A DNA stretch of 64,000 bases from Minisyncoccia bacterium (GCA_044229265.1 JBGATK010000002.1:15092-79091); one strand, 5' to 3'; positions 1-11,152 are shown, counted from the first letter of the stretch. The notes: generated by a model not told the origin, from the letters alone. Made by a program: numbers and translations.

Positions 1-121
1 TCCTTTAATCAAAAGGCTAAAACCATATCATCCCGAAATCTACAAAAATAGCTTGCTGCGAAAAAAAAGATTATTATAATTATATTATAATAGAATAGTT
101 ATTAGTAATTTTTAAAATTAT

Positions 122-1459
122 ATGGAAAACAACGAACAAAATAATATTCAAAATATAGAAGATAAAATAATAGAAGGTTTCAAACACTTTATGAAAAGTA
201 AAGACTTTCTAAGTATTTTTATTAAAAATTTACTTTCTTTTTTAATTATAATTTTAATTGCAGGTATTTTAGTATGGTATTTCCGTGCCCAAGTATTTTC
301 TTATTTTGCAAATGAGTATTTACAAAAAGAACAGACTAACGTTTCAGAAAATACTAACAGCGATACTACTGAAGATCTAAGTGAGAAAATTATTGAAAAG
401 ACTAGTATATTTACACAAGAAAGTTTTGTAATAGATGCAGTTAAAAAAACCAATCCAGCCGTAGTATCAATAGTGATTTCAAAAGAAGTTCCAAAGTATG
501 AAGCGTATTATGACAATACAAATCCTTTTAGTGATATTTTGCCAGGGTTTAATTTTGCTATTCCTCAATATAAACAAAATGGTACTGAGAAAAAACAAAT
601 AGGTGGGGGTTCTGGATTTTTAGTTTCTGCTGATGGCCTTATTGTTACAAATAAGCATGTAGTTTCAGATAAAACCGCTGAATACACTGTATTTATGAAT
701 GATGGTAAAAAGTATTCAGCTACAGTCATAGCTCGCGATAGTGTTCTCGATATAGCCCTTATTCGTATTTCTGGAGCTTCATTCCCGTATTTATCACTCG
801 GTAATTCAGACAAGCTTGAAATTGGTCAAAGTGTTATAGCTATAGGTAATGCCCTAGCAGAATATCGCAATACTGTTTCTGTAGGTGTGGTTTCAGGTCT
901 TGCTCGTAGCGTAGTCGCGGGTGATGGTTCTGGTAAAAGTGAGCTTCTAGATAAAGTTATTCAAACAGATGCTGCTATTAATCCAGGAAATTCTGGTGGA
1001 CCGCTTCTTAATTTGCATGGTCAAGTTATCGGTGTAAATGTGGCTATAGTTTCTGGTTCTCAAAACATAGGTTTTGCCTTACCAATAAATTCGGTAAAAA
1101 GTGCTATTGAATCAGTAAAGCAAACTGGTAAAATTGTCCGTCCCTATGTGGGTATTCGTTATGTGCAAATTACTGAAAATTTGAAAACAAAAAATAATTT
1201 AACAGTTGATTATGGTATTTTAGTTCAAAAAGGTGAGGGTAAAGATGAATTAGCCGTAGTGCCAGGCAGTCCTGCCCATAAAGCCGGAATCCTAGAGAAT
1301 GATATAATTTTATCTATAGATGGTACAAAACTAGAAAATGATACTTCTTTCGCTTCTATTATTCGAAGTAAAAAAGTAGGACAAAGTGTGATCTTAAAAG
1401 TATTATCTAAAGGCGTAGAAAAAAACGTTACTCTTATTCTCGAAGCTTATAAAGACTAA
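122..1459 (+). CDS. htrA: HtrA/DegP-family trypsin-like serine protease with PDZ domain, N-terminal membrane anchor
   Basis: TNKHVV (His), DIAL (Asp), TDAAINPGNSGGPL (Ser) motifs; C-terminal PDZ (GSPAHKAGI..DIIL). Confidence 0.93.
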   Translation: MENNEQNNIQNIEDKIIEGFKHFMKSKDFLSIFIKNLLSFLIIILIAGILVWYFRAQVFSYFANEYLQKEQTNVSENTNSDTTEDLSEKIIEKTSIFTQESFVIDAVKKTNPAVVSIVISKEVPKYEAYYDNTNPFSDILPGFNFAIPQYKQNGTEKKQIGGGSGFLVSADGLIVTNKHVVSDKTAEYTVFMNDGKKYSATVIARDSVLDIALIRISGASFPYLSLGNSDKLEIGQSVIAIGNALAEYRNTVSVGVVSGLARSVVAGDGSGKSELLDKVIQTDAAINPGNSGGPLLNLHGQVIGVNVAIVSGSQNIGFALPINSVKSAIESVKQTGKIVRPYVGIRYVQITENLKTKNNLTVDYGILVQKGEGKDELAVVPGSPAHKAGILENDIILSIDGTKLENDTSFASIIRSKKVGQSVILKVLSKGVEKNVTLILEAYKD

Positions 1460-2608
1460 TTATCTAACATCGCGAAGACGTAGGCTTATACATAAGCCAG
1501 CAAGTAGTATTGTCGTTAAAATAAAAAATAAATATTCTGTAGACGGTAAAAATAAGAGGAATAAGGAACCTAGAGCCGGGGCCACTACAAATGAAAATGG
1601 GTAAATATTTTTGAAAAAAGAAATTTCATCTACATTTTCCTCGTCTACAATTTTAAAGAAATATATTTCACTCATAGTTTCTATAATAGCAGCTCCGACG
1701 CGTGTTATAAATAAAACACTAGCAAAAATTAATACTGACGGTGTTTTTAAAAAGGGAATAGTAAATGTAGAAAGTGCAATGATAGTGAATCCTATAAGTA
1801 GCATTTTACGTTCACCGATTTTATCTGAAAGTCTGCCTAGTGGGTAGGATAGTAATACAAAGGGCAGTAGCATTATAGAAAAAATAAATCCAATTTTATC
1901 CCAAGAAAAACCAATAATTTGGTTTAAATATATTGGCGTGTAAATAACCATCCAAGCAAAAAAGAAACGTAAAATAAAACTAATCAAGTATATTTTGCTA
2001 GCTTTTTTATTTTGCAAAAAATACATTAAGGTTTTCTTTAGTGAGATTTTTTTATATTTTGGATCACGAAAATGATTAAATAAGAATACAAAAACCAATA
2101 TCATTAAGACTATAAATAGGCTTGAGAAAATGTAAATTCCATTGAAAGAACTTTTAGCGATAATTGAGCCGGAAATCATTTGGGCTATGACCCAAGACAA
2201 GTTGACGCAAGTTAAATAAATACCTCGAATTTTTCCAGTAGAAATGTTTTTTGAAAAGTCTTCTACAAAGATATCTAAACTAGCTAGTATAATATCAGTG
2301 CAAATAAAAAATAAAGTAAAACTAGTAAGTATTAAAAAATAATTTTTAAAGAATGCTATAGAGAGTAATGATAGTATTGCAAGTGTAGAGCAAAATAACA
2401 TCACTTTTTTATTGCCATATTTACTCAAATATTTTGGCATTTTTATGAGACATATGATAGCCAAAATAGAAGCAAATGCATAGAAAATACCTATTTCTCC
2501 CGCAGTTAAATATTCTTTGAGATAACTCGAATTTACATATGAAGTAAGAGCGAGCGGTATCGAGAAAAGAAATCCCGCGAGGAATATGATTCTTCTTTTG
2601 TGTTGCAT
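1460..2608 (-). CDS. MFS transporter
   Basis: ~12 hydrophobic helices; GRLSDKIGERK motif A. Confidence 0.85.
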   Translation of the reverse strand: MQHKRRIIFLAGFLFSIPLALTSYVNSSYLKEYLTAGEIGIFYAFASILAIICLIKMPKYLSKYGNKKVMLFCSTLAILSLLSIAFFKNYFLILTSFTLFFICTDIILASLDIFVEDFSKNISTGKIRGIYLTCVNLSWVIAQMISGSIIAKSSFNGIYIFSSLFIVLMILVFVFLFNHFRDPKYKKISLKKTLMYFLQNKKASKIYLISFILRFFFAWMVIYTPIYLNQIIGFSWDKIGFIFSIMLLPFVLLSYPLGRLSDKIGERKMLLIGFTIIALSTFTIPFLKTPSVLIFASVLFITRVGAAIIETMSEIYFFKIVDEENVDEISFFKNIYPFSFVVAPALGSLFLLFLPSTEYLFFILTTILLAGLCISLRLRDVR

Positions 2609-2620
2609 TATTATATTATA

Positions 2621-4561
2621 CTATACGCTAGTGATTACCGGTATCACCAAAGGACGCTTTCCTGTTTTTTGAAATAAGAATTTAGAAATATTTTCACCGA
2701 GTCCAGCTTTAATATTATCAAAATCCATATTGTCTTTGGGCATAGGGCCTTGTTCGATACCTTTTCTGATCATCATACGAACTTCACGAAGCAAGTCTTG
2801 ATTTTCTTTTAGATATACGAATCCACGAGATATGAGGTCAGGAGATTTTTTTAATTTACCAGTTTTCTGGTCAATTATAGCCATGATTACAAACATACCA
2901 TCTTGAGCCAGCATTTGACGATCACGAATTACCACATCTTGCACATCAGAAATGGCGAGGCCATCTACCATCATCAGTCCCGCTGGGGCTTTTTCTTTGC
3001 GTTTATGAATATGATTCCCATCAGCAGAGATTTCTATTATCGAACCATTGTCCGGCACTACTATATTTTCTTCACTCATGCCTACTTCCATTGCGAGTTC
3101 TTTGTGTAATTGCAAATGATAATGGTGGCCGTGAATAGGTATAAAGAATTTTGGATGGGTTTTTCTGTGTAGCCATTTTATGTCTTCTTTGTTTCCGTGA
3201 CCTGTAGCGTGCACAAAATCTTCGCCAGATGTTCGATAACTAATTACTCGCACTCCTTGACGAGCGAGCCCGTCTTTCATTCTTTGCACTGCGCGTTCAT
3301 TACCAGGCACGATAGATGCAGAGAGCACTATGGTATCATTTTTATGTAAGGTAAATTTTGCATGGCTTTTATTTGCAGCACGGTTGAGCGCAGCAAATTC
3401 TTCACCTTGCGCACCAGTCATTAGAATGATGACTTTGTTTGGAGGATATTTATCCACGTCTTCAATAGGAATAATAGTTCCTTTTTTAGGGACGAAATAA
3501 TTCGCTTCTATGGCAACTTCGATATTTGTTTTCATGCTACGTCCTTCCAAGGCTACTTTTTTATCAAAGGCTTCAGCTATTTTGACTACATGAGCAAGGC
3601 GAGTAATGTGTGATGCAAAAGCCGCGATGATCATGCGACCATTTATTCTTTTGATCAAATTCTCGAGTCCTTGATGCACTTTTACTTCTGGTAATGAATA
3701 GCCTTCATTTTCGACATTTGTAGAATCAGTCATTAATAGTAATACTTTTTCTTTATCAAAAATAGAATATTCTTTTTCTTCTTCTTTGGAAACTATGCCA
3801 TCCATGTGATCTAGCTTGTAGTCGCCTGGAGTTACAATTACTCCATGAGGAGTTTCTATGATTATTCCCATAGAATCAGGTATAGTGTGAGTCACACCAA
3901 AGAATCGCACACGGATATTTCCGCAAGTAATGACATCATTTTTCTCAACGATATTTTCTTTCATTGCTGGAAGCTGAGGAAATTCTGCTTGACGCTTGCG
4001 CATAAGTAGTATCGAAAGATTACGTGAATATACTGGTGGGTTGCCTATGCGTGATAATACCACTGGCACACCACCTATGTGATCTAAGTGTCCGTGAGTT
4101 ATGAACATAGCGCGGATTTTATCTTTACGTTCTTCGAGGTAAGTAGTATTTGGTATTACGTAATCTACCCCTGGAGTTTCTTCGTTAGAAAAGTGCATAC
4201 CAGCATCGATGACTATGATATCATCACCGATTTCTATTGCTGTCATATTTTTTCCTATTTCTTCTACGCCACCTAGCGGTATAATACGCACTACACCCGG
4301 AGCTACCGGAGGAATATTGCTAACTGGTTCTTTTTTAGTAAATTTTGGGAAGCGTGGAGGCATGCGTCCGCCACCTTTTTTCACATATTGAAAAGTAGAA
4401 CCTTTTTGTTTTTTCTTGCCACCATCATTATGGTGCATTTTTTTATGTTCAACTTTTTCTCCATTATTTTGTTCATGAACTGGTTTTGGTCCGTGATCTT
4501 TTACTTCTGTTTTTTTATTATCTGCATACATAGCAGTAAAGGAAACTCTGTTTTTTCTCAT
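2621..4561 (-). CDS. rnj: Ribonuclease J with basic disordered N-terminal extension
   Basis: PLGGVEEIGKN, THGHLDHIGG, HATGHG, PIHG motifs. Confidence 0.96.
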   Translation of the reverse strand: MRKNRVSFTAMYADNKKTEVKDHGPKPVHEQNNGEKVEHKKMHHNDGGKKKQKGSTFQYVKKGGGRMPPRFPKFTKKEPVSNIPPVAPGVVRIIPLGGVEEIGKNMTAIEIGDDIIVIDAGMHFSNEETPGVDYVIPNTTYLEERKDKIRAMFITHGHLDHIGGVPVVLSRIGNPPVYSRNLSILLMRKRQAEFPQLPAMKENIVEKNDVITCGNIRVRFFGVTHTIPDSMGIIIETPHGVIVTPGDYKLDHMDGIVSKEEEKEYSIFDKEKVLLLMTDSTNVENEGYSLPEVKVHQGLENLIKRINGRMIIAAFASHITRLAHVVKIAEAFDKKVALEGRSMKTNIEVAIEANYFVPKKGTIIPIEDVDKYPPNKVIILMTGAQGEEFAALNRAANKSHAKFTLHKNDTIVLSASIVPGNERAVQRMKDGLARQGVRVISYRTSGEDFVHATGHGNKEDIKWLHRKTHPKFFIPIHGHHYHLQLHKELAMEVGMSEENIVVPDNGSIIEISADGNHIHKRKEKAPAGLMMVDGLAISDVQDVVIRDRQMLAQDGMFVIMAIIDQKTGKLKKSPDLISRGFVYLKENQDLLREVRMMIRKGIEQGPMPKDNMDFDNIKAGLGENISKFLFQKTGKRPLVIPVITSV

Positions 4562-4663
4562 TTTTTTATTTCCACCGCCGTAGCGGGGTAAGTTATTTAA
4601 TAATAGTTAATAATATTTTTTTAGTTTTTTATTTGGCCCCGACGATTCTATCGGGATCCCGAC

Positions 4664-6421
4664 CTATTGCGTCGGGGCAAAAATTTTCCAAATATTGTCG
4701 ACTTGTGTGTACCATAAATATACTGAATTAAATCTATCTTCTGGTGAAGAAATATTTTCGATATTTACACCTTGTAAATTGTTTTTTGCAATATAAATGA
4801 ATTTTGGACTATATAGGAATACAGCTGGCAAGTCTTTCTTTATTTCATTTTCAAACTCTGCGTATTTTTTCGCTCTTTGGTTTTCATCGATAGTTATAGC
4901 TGTTTCTTCTAAAATTTTATCTACTTTAGCATTGGTATATACAGCTACATTGAGCCCAGGATCTTTGCGCTGCGATGAATGCCAAAAAGCAAAAAGGTCA
5001 GATTCGTGGGTAATAATTTGCCCAAATAACAATGCGTCATAATTTCGCGGGCGGATAACTGTTTGGTTTAAATTACCGATTTCAAAAGTTAAAATATTTA
5101 CCTTTATTCCTACTTTTTCAAGATCAGCTTTTATAAGTTCGGCAGATTTTGCGAGCTCAGGTGCATTGCCAGTAGAAATAGTGAATTCTAATTTTTGTGT
5201 ATTTTTCTTTTTATTTTTATCAGTAATGGTTTTTTCTAATATACCATCTTCTCCAAGTTTCCAGCCATCTTTTGCTAAAATTTCTTTAGCTAGGATTTGA
5301 TTTTCTTCTTTACTAGTATTGTCTTCTTTGTCCAACGTTTGGTAGGGAATTAGGTTTTGAGGAATAGGGTTGTCTATAGCGACACCATAACCATATAAAA
5401 CAGAGCTAACAATTTTGTCTTTATTTATAGCTTTGTTTATAGCATTTACTACATTTTTATTTGTGAAAATCTGATTTTGATTTTGATTAAAGAAAATTCC
5501 AAAAATTCTAGGTAGAACTGAAGTATGAGTATTCAGGCGTTCGGCTATACCAATAGCATTTTCAGCAGATATGGATGCGATTTGATCTATCGAGCCACCT
5601 TCGAGAGCACTAAGTGCATCTTTTTCATTGTCGTAAAATTTCAGAGTGATGTTTTTTAAATACGGTTTACCCAGTGCAAATTTTTTAAATGCTTTTAGGG
5701 TAATAGAACTTACATTACCATTACTTATTTTACTTACATTATTTATCATAAAAGGTCCTGATCCTACAGCATTTATATTTGCATCGCTAAGCTCAATGGT
5801 AGTATTTTCCCAAATATGTTTAGGCAAAATTCCTAGTGTGGTGTTTTCGAGGAATGCTACGAAAGGTTGCTTTAATGTAAATTCTATAGTTTTTTCATCA
5901 ATTTTTTTTACACTCACTCCATCCCAGGAACCTTTGTATGGACTCTTTAATATAGGATCTTTGATTTGTTCTATGGTGAATAATATATCTTCAGTGGTTA
6001 TGGGTTTATTGTCATGAAAATAAATTTCGTCTTTAAGTGTAAAAGTATACACCAAACCATCTTTGGAAATAGTATAGCCTTTAGCTAAATCCGGAATTAT
6101 TTCACCATTTTGTGATCTGCGCATAAGTCCAGAATATACCAGGGCAACCATATCTTTATCAGCTTCGGTTAAGGCCAAGCTCGGGTTTATGAATCTAGGC
6201 GAACCTACTATGCCTTCTGTAATATTTCCACCAGGAGATGCTACGGGCACCATAAAATGTTGATTTATGTTTTGTAGTATTGCTAGTGTGCTGATAAATA
6301 GAATTAAAATAAAAGCCAAAAATATATTCCACTCTTTTTTATTAAAAGAAAAAATAGCGGATTTTATCTCTGTGCGAGTAGGTATCTTGATATGTTTTAT
6401 TAAATTAAAAAAGTTTTGCAT
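4664..6421 (-). CDS. ABC-type peptide solute-binding protein (family 5), membrane-anchored, no adjacent permeases
   Basis: LVYSGL..PDLA..YTF.LK..FHD..PIT..DI.FT signature; GSGPF. Confidence 0.88.
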   Translation of the reverse strand: MQNFFNLIKHIKIPTRTEIKSAIFSFNKKEWNIFLAFILILFISTLAILQNINQHFMVPVASPGGNITEGIVGSPRFINPSLALTEADKDMVALVYSGLMRRSQNGEIIPDLAKGYTISKDGLVYTFTLKDEIYFHDNKPITTEDILFTIEQIKDPILKSPYKGSWDGVSVKKIDEKTIEFTLKQPFVAFLENTTLGILPKHIWENTTIELSDANINAVGSGPFMINNVSKISNGNVSSITLKAFKKFALGKPYLKNITLKFYDNEKDALSALEGGSIDQIASISAENAIGIAERLNTHTSVLPRIFGIFFNQNQNQIFTNKNVVNAINKAINKDKIVSSVLYGYGVAIDNPIPQNLIPYQTLDKEDNTSKEENQILAKEILAKDGWKLGEDGILEKTITDKNKKKNTQKLEFTISTGNAPELAKSAELIKADLEKVGIKVNILTFEIGNLNQTVIRPRNYDALLFGQIITHESDLFAFWHSSQRKDPGLNVAVYTNAKVDKILEETAITIDENQRAKKYAEFENEIKKDLPAVFLYSPKFIYIAKNNLQGVNIENISSPEDRFNSVYLWYTQVDNIWKIFAPTQ

Positions 6422-6459
6422 AAGAGAAAATAATTTAAAGATTTTGAGTCTTTAAGTAT

Positions 6460-6693
6460 TTATCTAAGTATTATAGCAGTGAGTGCTACCCCGGCAAAAA
6501 GTATTGCGCAAACAATAGACAAATAAAAAAGGAATTTTTCAAAACCACGACGAGTGCTATAAAAGGTAGAGCTGTCGCCCGCACCAAGTGCGCCTCCGGC
6601 TCCTGAGCCTGAAGTTTGAAGTAGTATAGACAATATAAGTATGACTGAAAGGATTATTTCTGCGTAAGGCAGAATCTGTTTGATTAGATCCAT
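6460..6693 (-). CDS. secG: Preprotein translocase subunit SecG
   Basis: ILLQ..G.G.GG.LG...TRRGFEK pattern, two TM helices. Confidence 0.92.
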   Translation of the reverse strand: MDLIKQILPYAEIILSVILILSILLQTSGSGAGGALGAGDSSTFYSTRRGFEKFLFYLSIVCAILFAGVALTAIILR

Positions 6694-6762
6694 ACGAGGT
6701 ATTATTGCATAAAAGCTTTAAAAAGGCAAACAAATCCTAAATTATAGTTGAAATAGGGAAGA

Positions 6763-6797
6763 GTGCCCGGCTTTTTGCATAGCAAAAAGCCGGGCAC
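6763..6797. repeat. Perfect 16-bp inverted repeat between divergent genes
   Basis: GTGCCCGGCTTTTTGC-ATA-GCAAAAAGCCGGGCAC. Confidence 0.8.
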
Positions 6798-6942
6798 GAT
6801 ACACACTTGACTTTTTGTCAAATAGATGCTAGTGTGAGCCCGTAAGTTGGTCCTTGAAAAACAAGTTAAAAGTATTGTTATTTTTGCCCGGAGGCTATCT
6901 TGGCAGAAATAACAATATTCTTTAACTTAAAAACAAAAAATT

Positions 6943-8313
6943 ATGACAGATTTTCTTTCAAACATTGGAGGACTACTACCTGTAGTTGGTTTTCTGGTAT
7001 TGATTTTTTTAATGCTTATTATTTCTTTTATGTTTCGTATAGTTGTACCAACAAACATGGTACATACTGTGCAATCAAGTAAAAAAACCACTTCCTACGG
7101 CACTGGACAAAGTTCCGGAAACGTTTATTACAAATGGCCGAGCTGGCTCCCTTTAATAGGTGTCACTACCGTTAAATTGCCAGTTAGCAATTTTGATTTA
7201 AGCTTCAAGGACTATGAATCTTACGATAAAGATCGTGTACCGTTTGTCCTTGATATTACAGCATTTTTTAGAATTGCTGATACAAACAAAGCAGCAGAGA
7301 GAGTGTCCAGTATTGATGAGTTGCACATACAGCTTAAGTCAATAATTCAGGGCGCTGTAAGAAAAATCTTAGCTTCGCATGACATAAATGCAATTATGAC
7401 CGATCGAGCTACATTTGGTGATCAATTCACAAATGAAGTAAAAAATGAATTGGCTAATTGGGGGGTAGAGCCGGTTAAGAACATAGAGCTTATGGATATG
7501 AGAGATTCTAGAGGCTCTACTGTGATTTCAGACATTATGGCCAAAAAGAGCTCTTTCATAACTATGGAGAGTCGTATAGAAGTTGCTAATAATAATCAAA
7601 AGGCGAAGGTAGCTGAAATTGAAGCTCAGCAGACTGTTGATCTTCGTGAGCAAGTAGCCCAGGAATTTGTAGGCAAGCGTACTGCGGAAAAAGAAAAAGC
7701 TGTAGGAATTGCTGTAGAACAATCTCAACAAGAGATTAAGACACAAGAAGCGATAACTATGGACAAAGAAAAATCTGTTGAGAAGATTAAGCAAGTGCGA
7801 GATGCTGAAATTCAAAAAGAGGCAAACGTAGTAAAAGCAAACCAAGACAAGGAGGTAGCAATTCTTGAAGCTGAGGGAAAATTGCAAGCTACAAAACTTA
7901 CTGCTGAAGGTATTGAAGCTACTGGTAAAGCGGAAGGGGAAGCAGAAAAAGCAAAACAATTGGCTCCAGTACAAGCACAGATTGAGCTTGCAAAGGAAAT
8001 TGGTAAAAACCAAGAATACCAAAACTATTTAGTTTTGCTTGAATTTGCAAAAGTTTATGAAAAGGTTGGTACTGAACAAGCCAAAGCTCTTCAAGAAGCT
8101 GATGTTAAAATCATAGCTAATGGAGGTACTGCACCTGAAGGAATGAAGGGTGCACTTGATCTTTTTAGTTCTAACGGCGGTACTGCAATAGGATCAATGC
8201 TTGAAGCAATTGCCAACACACCACAAGGTGCGAAACTTTTCGAAAAAATGAGTGGTTTGTTAGGAAATAAAAGTCTTTCTGCAAACATAGCTTCTAAAGA
8301 AGCTGAAAAATAA
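6943..8313 (+). CDS. SPFH/flotillin-family membrane protein
   Basis: N-terminal TM, Band-7 domain, long AEA/EK-rich coiled coil. Confidence 0.88.
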   Translation: MTDFLSNIGGLLPVVGFLVLIFLMLIISFMFRIVVPTNMVHTVQSSKKTTSYGTGQSSGNVYYKWPSWLPLIGVTTVKLPVSNFDLSFKDYESYDKDRVPFVLDITAFFRIADTNKAAERVSSIDELHIQLKSIIQGAVRKILASHDINAIMTDRATFGDQFTNEVKNELANWGVEPVKNIELMDMRDSRGSTVISDIMAKKSSFITMESRIEVANNNQKAKVAEIEAQQTVDLREQVAQEFVGKRTAEKEKAVGIAVEQSQQEIKTQEAITMDKEKSVEKIKQVRDAEIQKEANVVKANQDKEVAILEAEGKLQATKLTAEGIEATGKAEGEAEKAKQLAPVQAQIELAKEIGKNQEYQNYLVLLEFAKVYEKVGTEQAKALQEADVKIIANGGTAPEGMKGALDLFSSNGGTAIGSMLEAIANTPQGAKLFEKMSGLLGNKSLSANIASKEAEK

Positions 8314-8418
8314 TTAATCGGTTTTAAACCGGACCCGGAGCATAAAGATGTTTCGGGTTTTTTTATTTCCTTTTTATTTTTTTAGGTGTATATTATAGAT
8401 AAATCAAATTGTTGTATT

Positions 8419-8595
8419 ATGGATAAAATAGTAGATGTGTTTAGACCTCAAATTGAAAGTATTTTGAACTACGTTAGCGCGTATGTTTCAAAAGAAGATC
8501 TGATAGTTCTCTCAGCTTTTTCCTTAATGTTTATTTTGGTTGGGATAGTTGTATATTTTTTTACCAAAATACACATTTTTGAAAACAAAAAATAG
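8419..8595 (+). CDS. Small single-TM hypothetical protein
   Basis: ORF with C-terminal hydrophobic helix; ATG at 8419 preferred over GTG 8386; followed by terminator-like hairpin 8616-8660. Confidence 0.45.
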   Translation: MDKIVDVFRPQIESILNYVSAYVSKEDLIVLSAFSLMFILVGIVVYFFTKIHIFENKK

Positions 8596-8731
8596 AGAAT
8601 ATGATCTTACTTTTCAAAAAGCTGTATAGCTACATTTGTAGCACAGTATACAGCTTTTTTTATTTACAATAATCATAAACAATATATAATAATAACATTA
8701 AGATTTAAAAGAAATTAAAGATTATAAAATT

Positions 8732-9715
8732 ATGCAAACACTAGATTTATTTAAGAAATTATTCCACAACTTTAATGCGCGAAGTATGAAGGATGCGACT
8801 ATTAGTTATATAGAGCATTTGGATAAAGGAGGCAAGATGATGCTGGCTATGGGCGGGGCTATGAGCTCGGCTCAGATGGGGGTCACGCTCGCGCCAATGA
8901 TTAAGAATGATAAAATCCATGCTATCTCTTGCACAGGGGCGAATTTAGAAGAATCAGTTTTCCGCCTTGTGGCACACAGTCATTATAAAGATTATCCTGA
9001 TTACAGATATTTTACAAAAGAGGATGACACAGCAATACTTGAGCGAGGTGAAAGGCGCGTTACCGACACTAGTATTCCCGAAGAAGAAGCATTCCGCGTG
9101 GTAGAGCCTATTATCTTAAAAAGATGGAAAGAGGCGCAGGCGAAAGGCGAGAGGTATTTTCCGCATGAATACTTTTATCAAATATTACTTTCTGGCGAGC
9201 TGAATGAATATTTCGATGGTGATGAAAATGCTTGTTGGCTCCTCGAAGCTGCCAAGAAAAATTTACCGATAGTGGTGCCAGGTTGGGAAGATTCTACCCT
9301 TGGAAATATTTTTGCTGGCTATTGTAAAGCAGGGGAAATATCGCCGTCTATCATGAAGTCTGGCGTAGAATATATGATGTATCTTTATGATCGTTATCAA
9401 GAATTATCTGTGGGTGGAGCGGGATTAGGATTTTTCCAAATAGGTGGAGGTATTTCTGGAGACTTCCCGATATGTGTCGTGCCTTCCATAAAGTATGATC
9501 TCAAAAAAGAAGTTCGTCCATGGGGATACTTCTGCCAGATTTCAGACAGTACTACATCATACGGTTCATACTCAGGTGCTACTCCAAACGAAAAAATCAC
9601 TTGGGATAAACTCACCAAAGATACCCCGATGTTTGTCATCGAGTCCGATGCTACTATCGTGGCACCTCTCATATTCGAAGCTGTATTAAATAGATACGAA
9701 ATTACAGAGAAATAA
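8732..9715 (+). CDS. Deoxyhypusine synthase-like protein (bacterial DHS family, polyamine metabolism)
   Basis: GGAMSSA, ISCTGANLEE, IGGGISGDF, GSYSGATPNEKITWDK, DATIVAPL motifs. Confidence 0.9.
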   Translation: MQTLDLFKKLFHNFNARSMKDATISYIEHLDKGGKMMLAMGGAMSSAQMGVTLAPMIKNDKIHAISCTGANLEESVFRLVAHSHYKDYPDYRYFTKEDDTAILERGERRVTDTSIPEEEAFRVVEPIILKRWKEAQAKGERYFPHEYFYQILLSGELNEYFDGDENACWLLEAAKKNLPIVVPGWEDSTLGNIFAGYCKAGEISPSIMKSGVEYMMYLYDRYQELSVGGAGLGFFQIGGGISGDFPICVVPSIKYDLKKEVRPWGYFCQISDSTTSYGSYSGATPNEKITWDKLTKDTPMFVIESDATIVAPLIFEAVLNRYEITEK

Positions 9716-9746
9716 ATTTTCTAAAAAACCTTACAATATAAAGCAA

Positions 9747-9805
9747 AATTTGTGCGAGGTCTTGCCTCGCACAAATTGTTTGAGTAAGATCTTGCCTTAC
9801 TCAAA
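9747..9805. repeat. Tandem REP-like hairpins with TCTTG loop
   Basis: AATTTGTGCGAGG-TCTTG-CCTCGCACAAATT followed by TTTGAGTAAGA-TCTTG-CCTTACTCAAA; related copies at 14701 and 31853. Confidence 0.8.
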
Positions 9806-9807
9806 AT

Positions 9808-11079
9808 TTATATTTGCGAAATGTCGCGGGGTAGGAAGAGGTTGATGGTCCAGTCTATAGCTATGATCAGGCGTTTGCGCCATGAGATGACTTTGGATAG
9901 ATAAACTGTGCGCCAAATCCACCAAGTGATTTTTCCACCGAAGGATATATGGTGAATTTCACCAAGTGCAGACCATTGCCCGAGGGATACGAGGTTGCCA
10001 GCTAAGGCAAATTTATATTTTTCTGGATTTTTGTTTTGAGTTAAAAGTTTTATATTTATTGCAGTTTGTTTCGCTTGGCGTACAGCTACTTGGGCGAGTG
10101 CCGGCGCATACACACCTTCGCGGGTTTCAAAACCAGCAGCATCACCTATAGCAAAAATATTCGGCAGAGTCATATTTTCACCTTCAATTTGAAGGAATTC
10201 ATTGACTACCATTTTTCCATCTGGAAGTTTCTTTAAAGGTATATCAAAATTTAAATTTTGTGGTTTAATACCAGCCACCCAGAAAACATTTTCTGTAAAA
10301 ATTTCTTCACCATTATCTAAAATTATTTTTTCTTTTTCTACTTTCACTACGCCAGTATTTAGCATTACTTGTATGCCTTTTTTTTGCATAACTTTTAGGC
10401 TTCGTTCACGGAGTTTTTGCCCAAATTGTGGCAATAGTTCACGGCCTTTGTGGACTATGATTATAGATACATCTTTCATTAATTTCTTTGCATAATAATA
10501 CGAAAAAGTATCCTGGACGAATTCGAGTAATTCGCCTGCGAGTTCTACGCCTGTAGGCCCACCACCGACTATCACAAAGCGTAGCATTGTTTTTCTTTCT
10601 TTCTCATCAGTTATTTGTGAAGCTTTTTCTATTTGAGTCAAGCAATGATTCTTCATGCGTATAGCATCCGGCAGAGTTTTCAAAGTAAAAGAATTTTCTT
10701 CTGCACCTGGTGTATTAAAAAAGTTCGTCTCGGCTCCCGGAGCAAGCACTAGGTAGTCATAACCCACATTCTTACCAGCGACTTTTACATATTGATCTGT
10801 AGTATTTATCTCTTCTGCCTGGCCGAGGTGAAAGTTGTCGAGGCAACAACCGAGCACTTTGCGTATAGGCTCGGTCACATTTGAAACATGCACACCACCG
10901 GTGGCTACTTCGTGGAGGAGTGGGGTAAATAGAAAATAATTTTTGTCGCCGATGATGGATATTTCGACGCGCTTGTCATTTGCGCAAAAAACTTTGTGCA
11001 AATATTTTAGAGTATAAGTTCCCCCAAAGCCAGTGCCGACGATGAGTATTTTTGTTTTTTTATGTATTCCGTGTGTCAT
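9808..11079 (-). CDS. ndh: Type II NADH:quinone oxidoreductase (NDH-2)
   Basis: GTGFGG FAD site, FTPLLHEVATG, VVGGGPTGVELAGE, FAIGD, LAQVA.RQ. Confidence 0.92.
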   Translation of the reverse strand: MTHGIHKKTKILIVGTGFGGTYTLKYLHKVFCANDKRVEISIIGDKNYFLFTPLLHEVATGGVHVSNVTEPIRKVLGCCLDNFHLGQAEEINTTDQYVKVAGKNVGYDYLVLAPGAETNFFNTPGAEENSFTLKTLPDAIRMKNHCLTQIEKASQITDEKERKTMLRFVIVGGGPTGVELAGELLEFVQDTFSYYYAKKLMKDVSIIIVHKGRELLPQFGQKLRERSLKVMQKKGIQVMLNTGVVKVEKEKIILDNGEEIFTENVFWVAGIKPQNLNFDIPLKKLPDGKMVVNEFLQIEGENMTLPNIFAIGDAAGFETREGVYAPALAQVAVRQAKQTAINIKLLTQNKNPEKYKFALAGNLVSLGQWSALGEIHHISFGGKITWWIWRTVYLSKVISWRKRLIIAIDWTINLFLPRDISQI

Positions 11080-11152
11080 TTTTTTAGTATAACAAATTTT
11101 TCAAGAATTTTCCTTGCTTTTTATTTTTAACCAATTGTATAATATAGGCACA

